DNA of 64,000 bases from a virus, in the IMG/VR virus record IMGVR_UViG_3300012936_000006, positions 1 to 64,000 of that record. One strand, 5' to 3'. This document shows, one piece after another, positions 48,068 to 55,775 of the stretch (positions are counted from its first letter, which is position 1; each line of letters opens with the position of its first letter). The position numbers and the translations under genes were made by a program. The notes below the pieces were generated by a model, which did not search any database, was not told the DNA's origin, and saw only the letters and a list, made by a program, of their open reading frames with translations.

Positions 48068-48448
48068 ATGGATAGGGTAAAAGTTAGTTATGCGGTGGAT
48101 CTAGATGATGTACCGAGGGTAGCCGATCAGATATACGAAGAGGCGATTGGCGATCTTCAAAAAGTATTATCTATGATGCAGGGGGTTATATTTTCAGAGC
48201 AGTCGATTCCTGTTTTGTCAGAAAAAGTAAGACAGATCAGAACCAGTCTTGCTCGAATTGATCAGAGGATCGATGATTGTTATGCAATCACCGCAGGCTA
48301 TCATAGTTCTATCATCGAGCCTGAAGGCACAGTTGCATCTACTGTACAAGGACTACCAGAAGAGCAGCACGAGCAAGTTATGAACCTGTCAGGCAAGATT
48401 GCAGCATTGCAAAGAGCAATGGCAGGTAGTGAAGATGACGGGCAATAA
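48068..48448 (+). CDS. Hypothetical coiled-coil protein
   Basis: GGAG SD before ATG 48068; MDRVKVSYAVDLDDVP start. Confidence 0.75.
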   Translation: MDRVKVSYAVDLDDVPRVADQIYEEAIGDLQKVLSMMQGVIFSEQSIPVLSEKVRQIRTSLARIDQRIDDCYAITAGYHSSIIEPEGTVASTVQGLPEEQHEQVMNLSGKIAALQRAMAGSEDDGQ

Positions 48449-48650
48449 GGGAGACTTAGTTTATATCCCTGCTAGTGCCACTCTGATAAAGAGACGGTCG
48501 AGTGATGCAGCGGTAGTAGCCTATGCTCATCCTGACAAGCCAATAAACGTCCTTTGCATTGGCGAGACGGATGGGTACAAGAAAATTATTTATAAGTCAG
48601 AAGTCTGGCTGGTAAGTAAAGAGCATGTTTATTTAGCAAAAAGGAGTTAA
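48435..48650 (+). CDS. Small SH3-like hypothetical protein
   Basis: KGDLVYIP..WLVSKEHVY beta-rich pattern. Confidence 0.65.
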   Translation: MTGNKGDLVYIPASATLIKRRSSDAAVVAYAHPDKPINVLCIGETDGYKKIIYKSEVWLVSKEHVYLAKRS

Positions 48651-48651
48651 T

Positions 48652-48963
48652 ATGTTTGTTACGTTGACAGAGGTTGTAGAAAATACTACAACTACAAATA
48701 TCACTAGTGGTTCAAACACTAGGTTTACATTGCGAGAAGTTACAATTAATCCAGAATATGTTGTCTGCGTTCGAGAAGACTCTGGAATGAAGCAGATGTT
48801 AACGGAGGGTATGTTGCCGCCGCAACTGAATGGTGGGCTGCGGTTTACTCGTGTTTATCTTGATCGTGGTCAGTCGGGGATTGATATTGTGGTGGTGGGA
48901 AACCCGCAGGCAATCGAAGAAAAGCTTTTGCCGAATAAAGCCAAGGGTGTTTTGAATGGCTAG
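48652..48963 (+). CDS. FlbD-like small beta protein
   Basis: FVTLTE..VTINPEYVVCVRE..TRVYL..IVVVG.PQAIEEKL. Confidence 0.55.
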   Translation: MFVTLTEVVENTTTTNITSGSNTRFTLREVTINPEYVVCVREDSGMKQMLTEGMLPPQLNGGLRFTRVYLDRGQSGIDIVVVGNPQAIEEKLLPNKAKGVLNG

Positions 48964-49204
48964 TCAGATAAAGATCATAACTGTACCCGGTTGCCCTTGG
49001 TGTAAAAAGGCGATTGATCTTGCTCTGGAAATAAGAGAGCAGGGGTACGACCTAGAGGTTGTTAAAATGTCTTGGGGTCAAGAACTACGTGAGGTCCAAT
49101 CAAAACACGAGGGGTGGAAGACTGTGCCGATGGTCTATGTTGACGAATCTTTTATTGGCGGCTTCACTGATTTTAAGGAGTATGTAGATGCTAGACAAAA
49201 ATAA
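48956..49204 (+). CDS. Glutaredoxin
   Basis: CPWC active site, TVPMVYV, FIGGFTDF. Confidence 0.95.
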   Translation: MASQIKIITVPGCPWCKKAIDLALEIREQGYDLEVVKMSWGQELREVQSKHEGWKTVPMVYVDESFIGGFTDFKEYVDARQK

Positions 49205-49700
49205 GTTAAAGAAGCTTAAAGAGCGAGCAGCAAAACTTCACGCCACCACAGAGGAACCAACAGGTATCCCATGTCAGTTCTTAAAGCAGCATCAGTATGC
49301 AGATTTTGTTACGATGGAAGATGCCCCTGAAAGATGTGGAAGTTATCACGGTTCTGTCTGGCATGAGGTTGAAGGCTTCGGCGTCAAGAAATGGGTTGTC
49401 GGTGGTCATGTAGTGATCGACTACGATAAATATCGACAGCAGGGCATGGCAGACGAAGAAATTCTTCGTGGCTGTGTTGAATATTTAAATTGTCCTCCGA
49501 AGAGAAAAAAGTATGCTAAGCGTACACCGAAGCCACTATACGGGACTCTTGATGATATGCCGATTCGACATAAGTTTATGGAGAAGAACGGGCAAAAATG
49601 CATTATGATGATACTGGTAACAGATCAGAGAAAGAATAAAAATTTTCACGGCGAGGGACAGTTCATTGGCAAAAAATTCCGAAGAAAACGACTGGATTGA
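49188..49700 (+). CDS. Hypothetical basic protein
   Basis: AAGGAG SD; no family recognised. Confidence 0.75.
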   Translation: MLDKNKLKKLKERAAKLHATTEEPTGIPCQFLKQHQYADFVTMEDAPERCGSYHGSVWHEVEGFGVKKWVVGGHVVIDYDKYRQQGMADEEILRGCVEYLNCPPKRKKYAKRTPKPLYGTLDDMPIRHKFMEKNGQKCIMMILVTDQRKNKNFHGEGQFIGKKFRRKRLD

Positions 49701-50139
49701 AGCTCAGATTGACTTGATCGTAGAGTATCTAGACACCTTAGATGTTGTAGTTGAGTTTGGTGGTCACATCAATGCCTATTTCTTTGAAGATGGGCTAATA
49801 ACCATAACCAAAAAACAATCACTCAGGTCTAGATTGTATAGCTTGCTGCACGAAGCGGGTCATGTACGACTCAGAAAGCGTGAGCCGCTGCGATTTGTAG
49901 GAGACTTAAACGTCGGAGTTAAAAACCGTCAAGAGCGTATTGATATACTTCATGAAGAGTTTTTAGCGTGGGATGAGGGTTATCAAGTTTCAGAAGAGTT
50001 GAATTTGAACATTAGTCGATCAAACTGGAAGAGGTTCTCACAAAAGAATTTATATGACTATATCGCATGGGCATATAGTCCAAAGCTGTTTAGGGAAAGA
50101 AATGAACGAAGAGTTAAAACTACCAATAAAAGCTCTTGA
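49666..50139 (+). CDS. HExxH zinc-metallopeptidase-like protein (ImmA/IrrE-like)
   Basis: LYSLLHEAGH...EEFLAWDEG. Confidence 0.75.
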   Translation: MAKNSEENDWIEAQIDLIVEYLDTLDVVVEFGGHINAYFFEDGLITITKKQSLRSRLYSLLHEAGHVRLRKREPLRFVGDLNVGVKNRQERIDILHEEFLAWDEGYQVSEELNLNISRSNWKRFSQKNLYDYIAWAYSPKLFRERNERRVKTTNKSS

Positions 50140-50437
50140 CGTGGTGCTTCACGAGTCGAAGATAAATTTATCTATATTGTCGATGCATCTCGAACACCTG
50201 ATTGGTAAGTATTCATCTGAGAGTTGGGATCATACGGCTATACCTTTAATTTGTAACCTATACGCATGCTACACAAGTATGGTAAAATATATTGAAGTTG
50301 ATGGTCAATATAAAATTGAAGGCGATTACGTTATTATTGATGCGATTGAGTTGGATGTTTTATCTACCCTTCTAACCGAATCTAGAAAAATGTCAAAAGA
50401 CATTGAAGAGCATGGTTTGTCGATGAGGATTCATTAA
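50102..50437 (+). CDS. Hypothetical protein
   Basis: ORF in operon; ATG 50102 preferred over the upstream start. Confidence 0.65.
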   Translation: MNEELKLPIKALDVVLHESKINLSILSMHLEHLIGKYSSESWDHTAIPLICNLYACYTSMVKYIEVDGQYKIEGDYVIIDAIELDVLSTLLTESRKMSKDIEEHGLSMRIH

Positions 50438-51358
50438 GTGCAGAAGTCAGTATACGATAGGTTTAAAGATTATGAAAAAGATCACTGTTGGCAGTATGAT
50501 GTTAGGGTGCAAAACCTAGAAGAAGATCTAATTAATGCTAATCTTACAAAAGAGTTTGCTGACGGTCTCCGTATTTCTGATTTTGAGTTTGAGTATGTTG
50601 AGAAGACCGATAAAATTAAATGTGAAGAGATTAAATTATTTATTGAAAGGCATGAATGGCTGGGTAAGCTTCCAAAGATGCCCACTCATCGCTTTACAGC
50701 GAGGTTAAAAACAAATGGAATATTGGCAGGTGTGGTGGTTATGTCAACCCCGAATGCATTTTCGCACATTCTGGGAAAAGAAAACCGAGACAAAGAAAAA
50801 TTAGTAGCTAGAGGTGCCAGCATTAGTTGGTCGCCAAAGAACTTAGGCTCATGGCTTGTTTCTAGTTCAGTCAAGTGGATGGTGAGCAACACAGATTTTA
50901 GAGTGTTTACGGCTTATTCAGATCCCGAGGCAAAAGAGTTAGGTACAATATATCAAGCTATGAACTGGTATTATCTTGGTCAGACTAGTGGCACACAAAA
51001 ACAATACTTTGACCCGAATAGACCATCGGCTGGCTGGTTCAGTGATCGAGAGTTTAGAAAGAGATCAAAGTATAGAACCTATGCTAGAAACATCGGACTG
51101 TCTGATGAGCAGTGGAAGTCTATGATGAAAAAATATTCTCCAAATTGGGAGATCATACCTACGCATATAAAACAAGCAATAAAAAAAGAAGAATCTAAAT
51201 ATCGAGACTCCTGTTTGTCACGCCCAGTTCCAAGGAAACATAAATACTGTTATATTCTTGGCAGAGACAAGAGAGAAACAAGAGAGTTGCAAAAATTATT
51301 TACAGAATTAAATCCCCGCAAGGTCAATCTGCCTTACCCAAAAAAACGGGGAAAATAG
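50438..51358 (+). CDS. Mom-like (GNAT-fold) DNA adenine modification protein
   Basis: FIERHEWLG, KNLGSWLVS, AYSDPEAKELGTIYQAMNWYYLG, KHKYCYIL follow the Mu Mom family pattern. Confidence 0.8.
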   Translation: MQKSVYDRFKDYEKDHCWQYDVRVQNLEEDLINANLTKEFADGLRISDFEFEYVEKTDKIKCEEIKLFIERHEWLGKLPKMPTHRFTARLKTNGILAGVVVMSTPNAFSHILGKENRDKEKLVARGASISWSPKNLGSWLVSSSVKWMVSNTDFRVFTAYSDPEAKELGTIYQAMNWYYLGQTSGTQKQYFDPNRPSAGWFSDREFRKRSKYRTYARNIGLSDEQWKSMMKKYSPNWEIIPTHIKQAIKKEESKYRDSCLSRPVPRKHKYCYILGRDKRETRELQKLFTELNPRKVNLPYPKKRGK

Positions 51359-51367
51359 AAAAATTTC

Positions 51368-51395
51368 TTGACAAATTTCTAATATAGTGTATACT
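51368..51395 (+). promoter_or_regulatory. sigma70-type promoter
   Basis: TTGACA-16 nt-TATACT. Confidence 0.65.
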
Positions 51396-51429
51396 TATGT
51401 CTTCACAAATTTGATTATGGAGGTGAAAA

Positions 51430-51606
51430 ATGAAAGTTTTATTTGGTGCTTTGATGTTGGCTTTCCTTGCAACTGGTGCTGCTTCTTTTAACAGTGAAGA
51501 GGCGAAGCCGAAAGTAGAGGAACCTGTGTTGGTTGAGTATATCGACTTCCAGCCGATGATTATTATTGCAGAGCCAAGAAAAACCTTAACAAATTTTAAT
51601 TTTTAG
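51430..51606 (+). CDS. Small secreted/signal-peptide protein (58 aa, not in ORF track)
   Basis: GGAGGTG SD; MKVLFGALMLAFLATGAASFNSEEAKPKVEEPVLVEYIDFQPMIIIAEPRKTLTNFNF. Confidence 0.75.
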   Translation: MKVLFGALMLAFLATGAASFNSEEAKPKVEEPVLVEYIDFQPMIIIAEPRKTLTNFNF

Positions 51607-51666
51607 GGTATATTTATATTGATGGGGGTAAAAACCCACGCTCTTTGAAAAAAATATAAAAAACAC

Positions 51667-51696
51667 TTGACAAATTTCTGTAAGTGATTATATTAT
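51667..51696 (+). promoter_or_regulatory. sigma70-type promoter for hsp20
   Basis: A-tract, TTGACA, then TATATT/TATTAT. Confidence 0.75.
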
Positions 51697-51701
51697 AATT
51701 A

Positions 51702-51781
51702 TTGAAGCATAAGCTTCAAGTGTTGCCGAAAAGGAACACAAATTAGTTACAGCATTATTGCTTAAATAGGAGGATACTAAA
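51702..51781 (+). promoter_or_regulatory. ROSE-like RNA thermometer in the hsp20 5' UTR
   Basis: Hairpins TTGAAGC/GCTTCAA and GTGTT..GAAA..AACAC, then TTGCT(51758-62) opposite SD AGGAGG(51768-73). Confidence 0.6.
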
Positions 51782-52219
51782 ATGAGTAACTTACAACTTT
51801 ATAGACCATCATTGAGTTCGTCGCTTTTAGGGCGTTCTATTTTTGATGAGATTTTCAACGGGGAATTGTTTGACTTTCCAGCAGTTGCGAGAAAGACAAC
51901 GCAAGGTTATCCCGTGGCAGACATTTTCAACACAGAGGCAGGAACAGTCTTAGAATTTGCTTTGGCTGGTTTCTCAAGGGATGAACTTTCCATCGACGTT
52001 CAGCCTGACAAGTCCAGCCTTACTGTGCGAGCAGAAACTTCTAGTGAGGATAATTCAGAAAGCCGACGTATTGCACGCCGTAGTTTTCAGAAGACCTATG
52101 TCAATTATGATAACAATCTTGATCTCAGTAGTGTGAGTGCCGAGTTTGTTAATGGGCTTCTTACGATTACAATCCCACGGAAAGAAGAACTCTGTCCGGT
52201 ATCGGTTGAGATTAAATAA
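51782..52219 (+). CDS. Small heat-shock protein (Hsp20/IbpA family)
   Basis: YPVADI, LEFALAGFSRDELSI, IARRSF, AEFVNGLLTITIP. Confidence 0.95.
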   Translation: MSNLQLYRPSLSSSLLGRSIFDEIFNGELFDFPAVARKTTQGYPVADIFNTEAGTVLEFALAGFSRDELSIDVQPDKSSLTVRAETSSEDNSESRRIARRSFQKTYVNYDNNLDLSSVSAEFVNGLLTITIPRKEELCPVSVEIK

Positions 52220-52253
52220 CGAAGAACAAAACTCCCGTACCTTTTGCACAGTC

Positions 52254-52290
52254 GGGGCTCCCGCAATGGGAGCCCCATTTTTTTATTTTT
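52254..52290 (+). terminator. Intrinsic terminator after hsp20
   Basis: GGGGCTCCC/GGGAGCCCC stem followed by a long T tract. Confidence 0.9.
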
Positions 52291-52330
52291 TGTATTTTTT
52301 CTACTATATAATATTACTAGGAGACATAAC

Positions 52331-53506
52331 ATGGCTGAGGTTAAAAGACTACACGACGAGAAGAAAGTAAAGATGTTTCGTCATCAAATTGTTTCTTTCT
52401 TGGGTGATGTAGGACCGGGCTCAAAAGATTCTCTTACGGTAGAAGGAATGCCTAACCCAATGATAGGGTGTCTTTGCAAGAGAGTTGTCGGTGTTTTTAA
52501 AATGGCATACAATCTATTTAAACACAAAGCTCTGTGGCAAAGTGAGAAAGTATTCAAACCAGTCATTGAGGCTGAAATAGTCCATGAAGATGGTAGACCG
52601 AAGAAGTTTCATGAGCTTGGGCGAGATCTGGATGGCAACATCGTGTGTAGCGTCTGTGTTTCGGTTACGGATCTAGGAAACACTAGATCGATGGCTTTCG
52701 TTAATGAAGTTGCAGTAGAAGAGAGACACCACTTTATCGAAGCCCCACACCGCAAGATCCTAAACAGGGATGCAGAAGTCTCGGCAGAGTTGCCCATGAG
52801 GGCATCAGCTTGTATACCGATTGCGTTCAGCCCAGCGTATTATCCAGAACATGACCCTACCTGCTTGCAAACACCGTTGTCAGATGGAGGTGCTGTATCT
52901 AATCTCTCTGCCCAACTATTGAGAGCAAAATATGACGAAGGAGAGGCACCCGTTAGGTTTGTTATAAGCTGTAATGAGTTTGAGTACAAAAGAGACGCAG
53001 CTTATAATCATGGGGCTGCTCCTACCACACCCACTTCTAGCTGGTTTGAATTTTTAAATGCAGTGTTTGCCGTCATCATTGAGGATGGAATGGCTGACGA
53101 TGTTGATATATTTTTAAAAGCCAAGGGCGACATGGAGCATATTTTTGTGACAAAGGTCGGAGAGATAACAAAATATCCAACCCTAGACTCACCTTTCCTG
53201 AAGGAAACACCATCTCAGATTAACTTTTTTGCTCTAGATAGGCACACGTCAACACAAATGTTCGAATTTGGGCGGCATCTTGCGACCCACAAACTAATTA
53301 ATAAGATAAAACCATCAGAGGTTAAGCGTGCCAAAAAGAATGGTGTAACTCTAGCTTTATCAGGTGGAGGTGCATTGTACCCCGTGTTGTTTGGGGTGGT
53401 TTTTGCCATGTGGGAACACTTTGAGGTTAAAGCAATCGCAGGTACCTCCGCAGGTGCCATTACTGCCAGTTATATGGCTGAGAAGATTGCAAGACAAGAA
53501 GACTAG
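52331..53506 (+). CDS. Patatin-like phospholipase, circularly permuted
   Basis: MRASACIP and SDGG precede LALSGGG and GTSAG; start 52331 after AGGAG. Confidence 0.85.
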   Translation: MAEVKRLHDEKKVKMFRHQIVSFLGDVGPGSKDSLTVEGMPNPMIGCLCKRVVGVFKMAYNLFKHKALWQSEKVFKPVIEAEIVHEDGRPKKFHELGRDLDGNIVCSVCVSVTDLGNTRSMAFVNEVAVEERHHFIEAPHRKILNRDAEVSAELPMRASACIPIAFSPAYYPEHDPTCLQTPLSDGGAVSNLSAQLLRAKYDEGEAPVRFVISCNEFEYKRDAAYNHGAAPTTPTSSWFEFLNAVFAVIIEDGMADDVDIFLKAKGDMEHIFVTKVGEITKYPTLDSPFLKETPSQINFFALDRHTSTQMFEFGRHLATHKLINKIKPSEVKRAKKNGVTLALSGGGALYPVLFGVVFAMWEHFEVKAIAGTSAGAITASYMAEKIARQED

Positions 53507-53518
53507 GGGAGATATACT

Positions 53519-53863
53519 ATGTCTGACGAACACAATAGCGAAAATGAGCGTGATGCTCTACAAACAGAAGAGTCTAACGAAGAATTATTACCAAAACCAC
53601 CACCAAAGCTTGCAGCCCGAGGGATCAGAGCTTTCACTGTCTGTAGGCAAAGTGATGAAACTGGCGTATCTGGTGAAGGAGTAGTTATTGAAGGTGTTGT
53701 TCTTGCAACGGGTCAGTGTATTGTACATTGGCTTTATCCACCACCAAGGGGCGGCATTGCGATCTTCGATAGCATGGGTGATTTTGTGAAAGTACACATC
53801 CAGCCTCACCCAACTAACAAAACAATTATTACTTATCAAGATGGTGAGCAAATTAATTATTAA
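53519..53863 (+). CDS. Hypothetical phage protein
   Basis: DETGVSGEGVVIEGV..GQCIVHW motif; GGAG SD. Confidence 0.8.
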   Translation: MSDEHNSENERDALQTEESNEELLPKPPPKLAARGIRAFTVCRQSDETGVSGEGVVIEGVVLATGQCIVHWLYPPPRGGIAIFDSMGDFVKVHIQPHPTNKTIITYQDGEQINY

Positions 53864-53870
53864 AAAAAGC

Positions 53871-53899
53871 TTGACAAACGAGTCAATATTAGTTATATT
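53871..53899 (+). promoter_or_regulatory. sigma70-type promoter
   Basis: A-tract, then TTGACA-17 nt-TATATT. Confidence 0.85.
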
Positions 53900-53921
53900 A
53901 TTAACGTACTGAGGGAGTGGA

Positions 53922-54584
53922 ATGAAAGAAGAACTAGAAACGTGGAGAAAGTTTTTGAAAGAAAACGAGGGCGCAACGGGAATGCAAAAATATAAGTTGT
54001 TCTGTGATATGGACGGCGTGCTAGTAGACTTCGAAAAGGGAGTCCTTGGCTATATGAACCAACGCATGGAGGCTTTAGCCGGTGGTGGCGAGCCTGTGAG
54101 CAGAGAAGAATTGAAAGACGCTGCTTTGGCTGTAGAAGCCATGGGCGGTTGGTTCGAGGTCAAGCCAGAGCACATCAAGCGACCCAGCGAAGGCGGTGTT
54201 GCTGAGGTTCGAGACCTGATGTACACGATGGTCGAAAACAACTATGAGGTGTGGGCAAACTTGCCTTGGATTCCGGGTGGCAAAGAGCTTTGGAATCACA
54301 TCAAGCAATACAACCCTGAGATCTTGACGGCTCCGATGGGACCAGAGAGTGAGCGGGGGAAAGAAACGTGGTGTGCTCGTGAGTTAGGTTCGGATATTCC
54401 TGTTAACATCACGGACAATAAGACTCCGTGGGGTCAGGGAGATGGCAAGCGACAAGGTTTGTTAATCGACGACCGTGAGAAGTACCGTGCTCAGTTTAAA
54501 AAGGGCGGCGGTGAAGTAGTGCCTCATACGCCGGGTGATGCCGGTCCTTCGATTGAGCGATTAAAAACGCTCGGCTTTCAATAG
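53922..54584 (+). CDS. HAD-family 5'(3')-nucleotidase with shared leader peptide
   Basis: Leader MKEELETWRKFLKE; CDMDGVLVDF, ILTAP, GKETW, LIDDR. Confidence 0.9.
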   Translation: MKEELETWRKFLKENEGATGMQKYKLFCDMDGVLVDFEKGVLGYMNQRMEALAGGGEPVSREELKDAALAVEAMGGWFEVKPEHIKRPSEGGVAEVRDLMYTMVENNYEVWANLPWIPGGKELWNHIKQYNPEILTAPMGPESERGKETWCARELGSDIPVNITDNKTPWGQGDGKRQGLLIDDREKYRAQFKKGGGEVVPHTPGDAGPSIERLKTLGFQ

Positions 54585-54616
54585 TCGCCTCTACTTATTA
54601 TAAGGAGGGTTGAATA

Positions 54617-54685
54617 ATGAGTGAATCAAACAAGTGTAAGTGTTGTCCGTGTTGCAAGTGCGATTGCGAAAATTGCTGCGAATAA
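54617..54685 (+). CDS. 22-aa Cys-rich metallothionein-like micropeptide (not in ORF track)
   Basis: TAAGGAGG SD at 54601; MSESNKCKCCPCCKCDCENCCE; late-like CTACTTAT at 54591. Confidence 0.7.
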   Translation: MSESNKCKCCPCCKCDCENCCE

Positions 54686-54744
54686 ATTACTAAAAAGTTT
54701 CGTTTTCGCTCATTATGCCCTAATTATATTATAAAGAGGGTTGA

Positions 54745-55161
54745 TTGGTGAAATTAGAAAATAATTTTAGTTTGTCGGAATTTAGATGTAGAGATGGTTC
54801 AGATGTTCCAGAAGAACTGATGGACAACGTGCGTCTTTTGGCTGAAAACCTACAGGTCTTGAGAGACTATATTGGAAGACCCGTTAAAATAATTTCCGGG
54901 TATAGATCGCCAGATTATAATAAAAAGATCGGCGGTGCAAAGCGCAGTCAGCACATGCTTGCAAAAGCGGCTGATATTAAGATTGAAGGCATGGAGCCTT
55001 GGATGGTTCATAAGATAATCGAGCATCTTATCTATGAAGGGCATATGATGAAAGGAGGTCTCGGGATATACGAGACATTTGTACATTATGATGTGCGAGG
55101 TAGAAACGCCAGATGGAAAGGCAAAGGTGTGAAGGATGATAGACCAGCGACAAAATATTAG
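54745..55161 (+). CDS. Peptidase M15A (YcbK/DUF882-like Zn D-Ala-D-Ala peptidase)
   Basis: NFSLSEFRC, ISGYRS..YN, SQHMLAKAADI, FVHYDVRG. Confidence 0.92.
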   Translation: MVKLENNFSLSEFRCRDGSDVPEELMDNVRLLAENLQVLRDYIGRPVKIISGYRSPDYNKKIGGAKRSQHMLAKAADIKIEGMEPWMVHKIIEHLIYEGHMMKGGLGIYETFVHYDVRGRNARWKGKGVKDDRPATKY

Positions 55162-55163
55162 TT

Positions 55164-55481
55164 ATGATAGACTTGACAGACTCAGCAGCAAATAAAATAA
55201 AAGAAGTATTAAAAGATACTGAAAATACCGGAGTTCGTGCCGCCATTCAAGGCGGCGGGTGCTCCGGTTTTACTTATAAACTAACAATGGAAAAAGAGCC
55301 AGATCCTGATGACAAGGTTATCGAGATTAAGGGTGTGAAGTTGTTCGTAGATAAGAAGAGCTACTTATTCCTCATCGGAACCACTATAGATTTCGTCACC
55401 GAGATGATGCAAATGGGTTTTAAATTTATTAATCCGAATGCTAAAAGAACTTGCGGTTGTGGCGAAAGTTTTGGGATTTAA
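55164..55481 (+). CDS. iscA: A-type Fe-S cluster carrier (HesB/IscA)
   Basis: GGGCSGFTY and NPNAKRTCGCGESF. Confidence 0.95.
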   Translation: MIDLTDSAANKIKEVLKDTENTGVRAAIQGGGCSGFTYKLTMEKEPDPDDKVIEIKGVKLFVDKKSYLFLIGTTIDFVTEMMQMGFKFINPNAKRTCGCGESFGI

Positions 55482-55493
55482 ACGCTTAAACAG

Positions 55494-55502
55494 ACTATTT
55501 AT
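55494..55502 (+). promoter_or_regulatory. Putative late promoter heading the leader-peptide gene array
   Basis: Exact ACTATTTAT. Confidence 0.7.
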
Positions 55503-55529
55503 TAAAGATGCCGAAGAGAGGATATTTTT

Positions 55530-55775
55530 ATGCAGAATTTGTTTGAAAATTGGAGAAAGTTTCTCGAAGAAATTGAAGCAGAAGAACTGCAAGAAAAGTC
55601 TAAATCAAAGAATCAGCAAAAATTTATGGGCATGGTCAAGAAGTGTCAAGAAACTGGCGATTGTGCCTCAGATGAGGTAGAGAAAACAGCCGACAGTATG
55701 GAGAAATCTGATGTAGACGACTTTGCCAAAACAAAACACAAAGGATTACCAGATAAAGTAGAGGATAAAAAATGA
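55530..55775 (+). CDS. Small leader-tagged protein (DUF3008-like)
   Basis: Leader MQNLFENWRKFLEE; KSKNQQKFMG..FAKTKHKGLPDKV. Confidence 0.8.
   Translation: MQNLFENWRKFLEEIEAEELQEKSKSKNQQKFMGMVKKCQETGDCASDEVEKTADSMEKSDVDDFAKTKHKGLPDKVEDKK

Noticed and set aside
52244-52330. N-terminal extension of the patatin ORF
   Set aside because: It runs through the hsp20 terminator; ATG 52331 has the SD.
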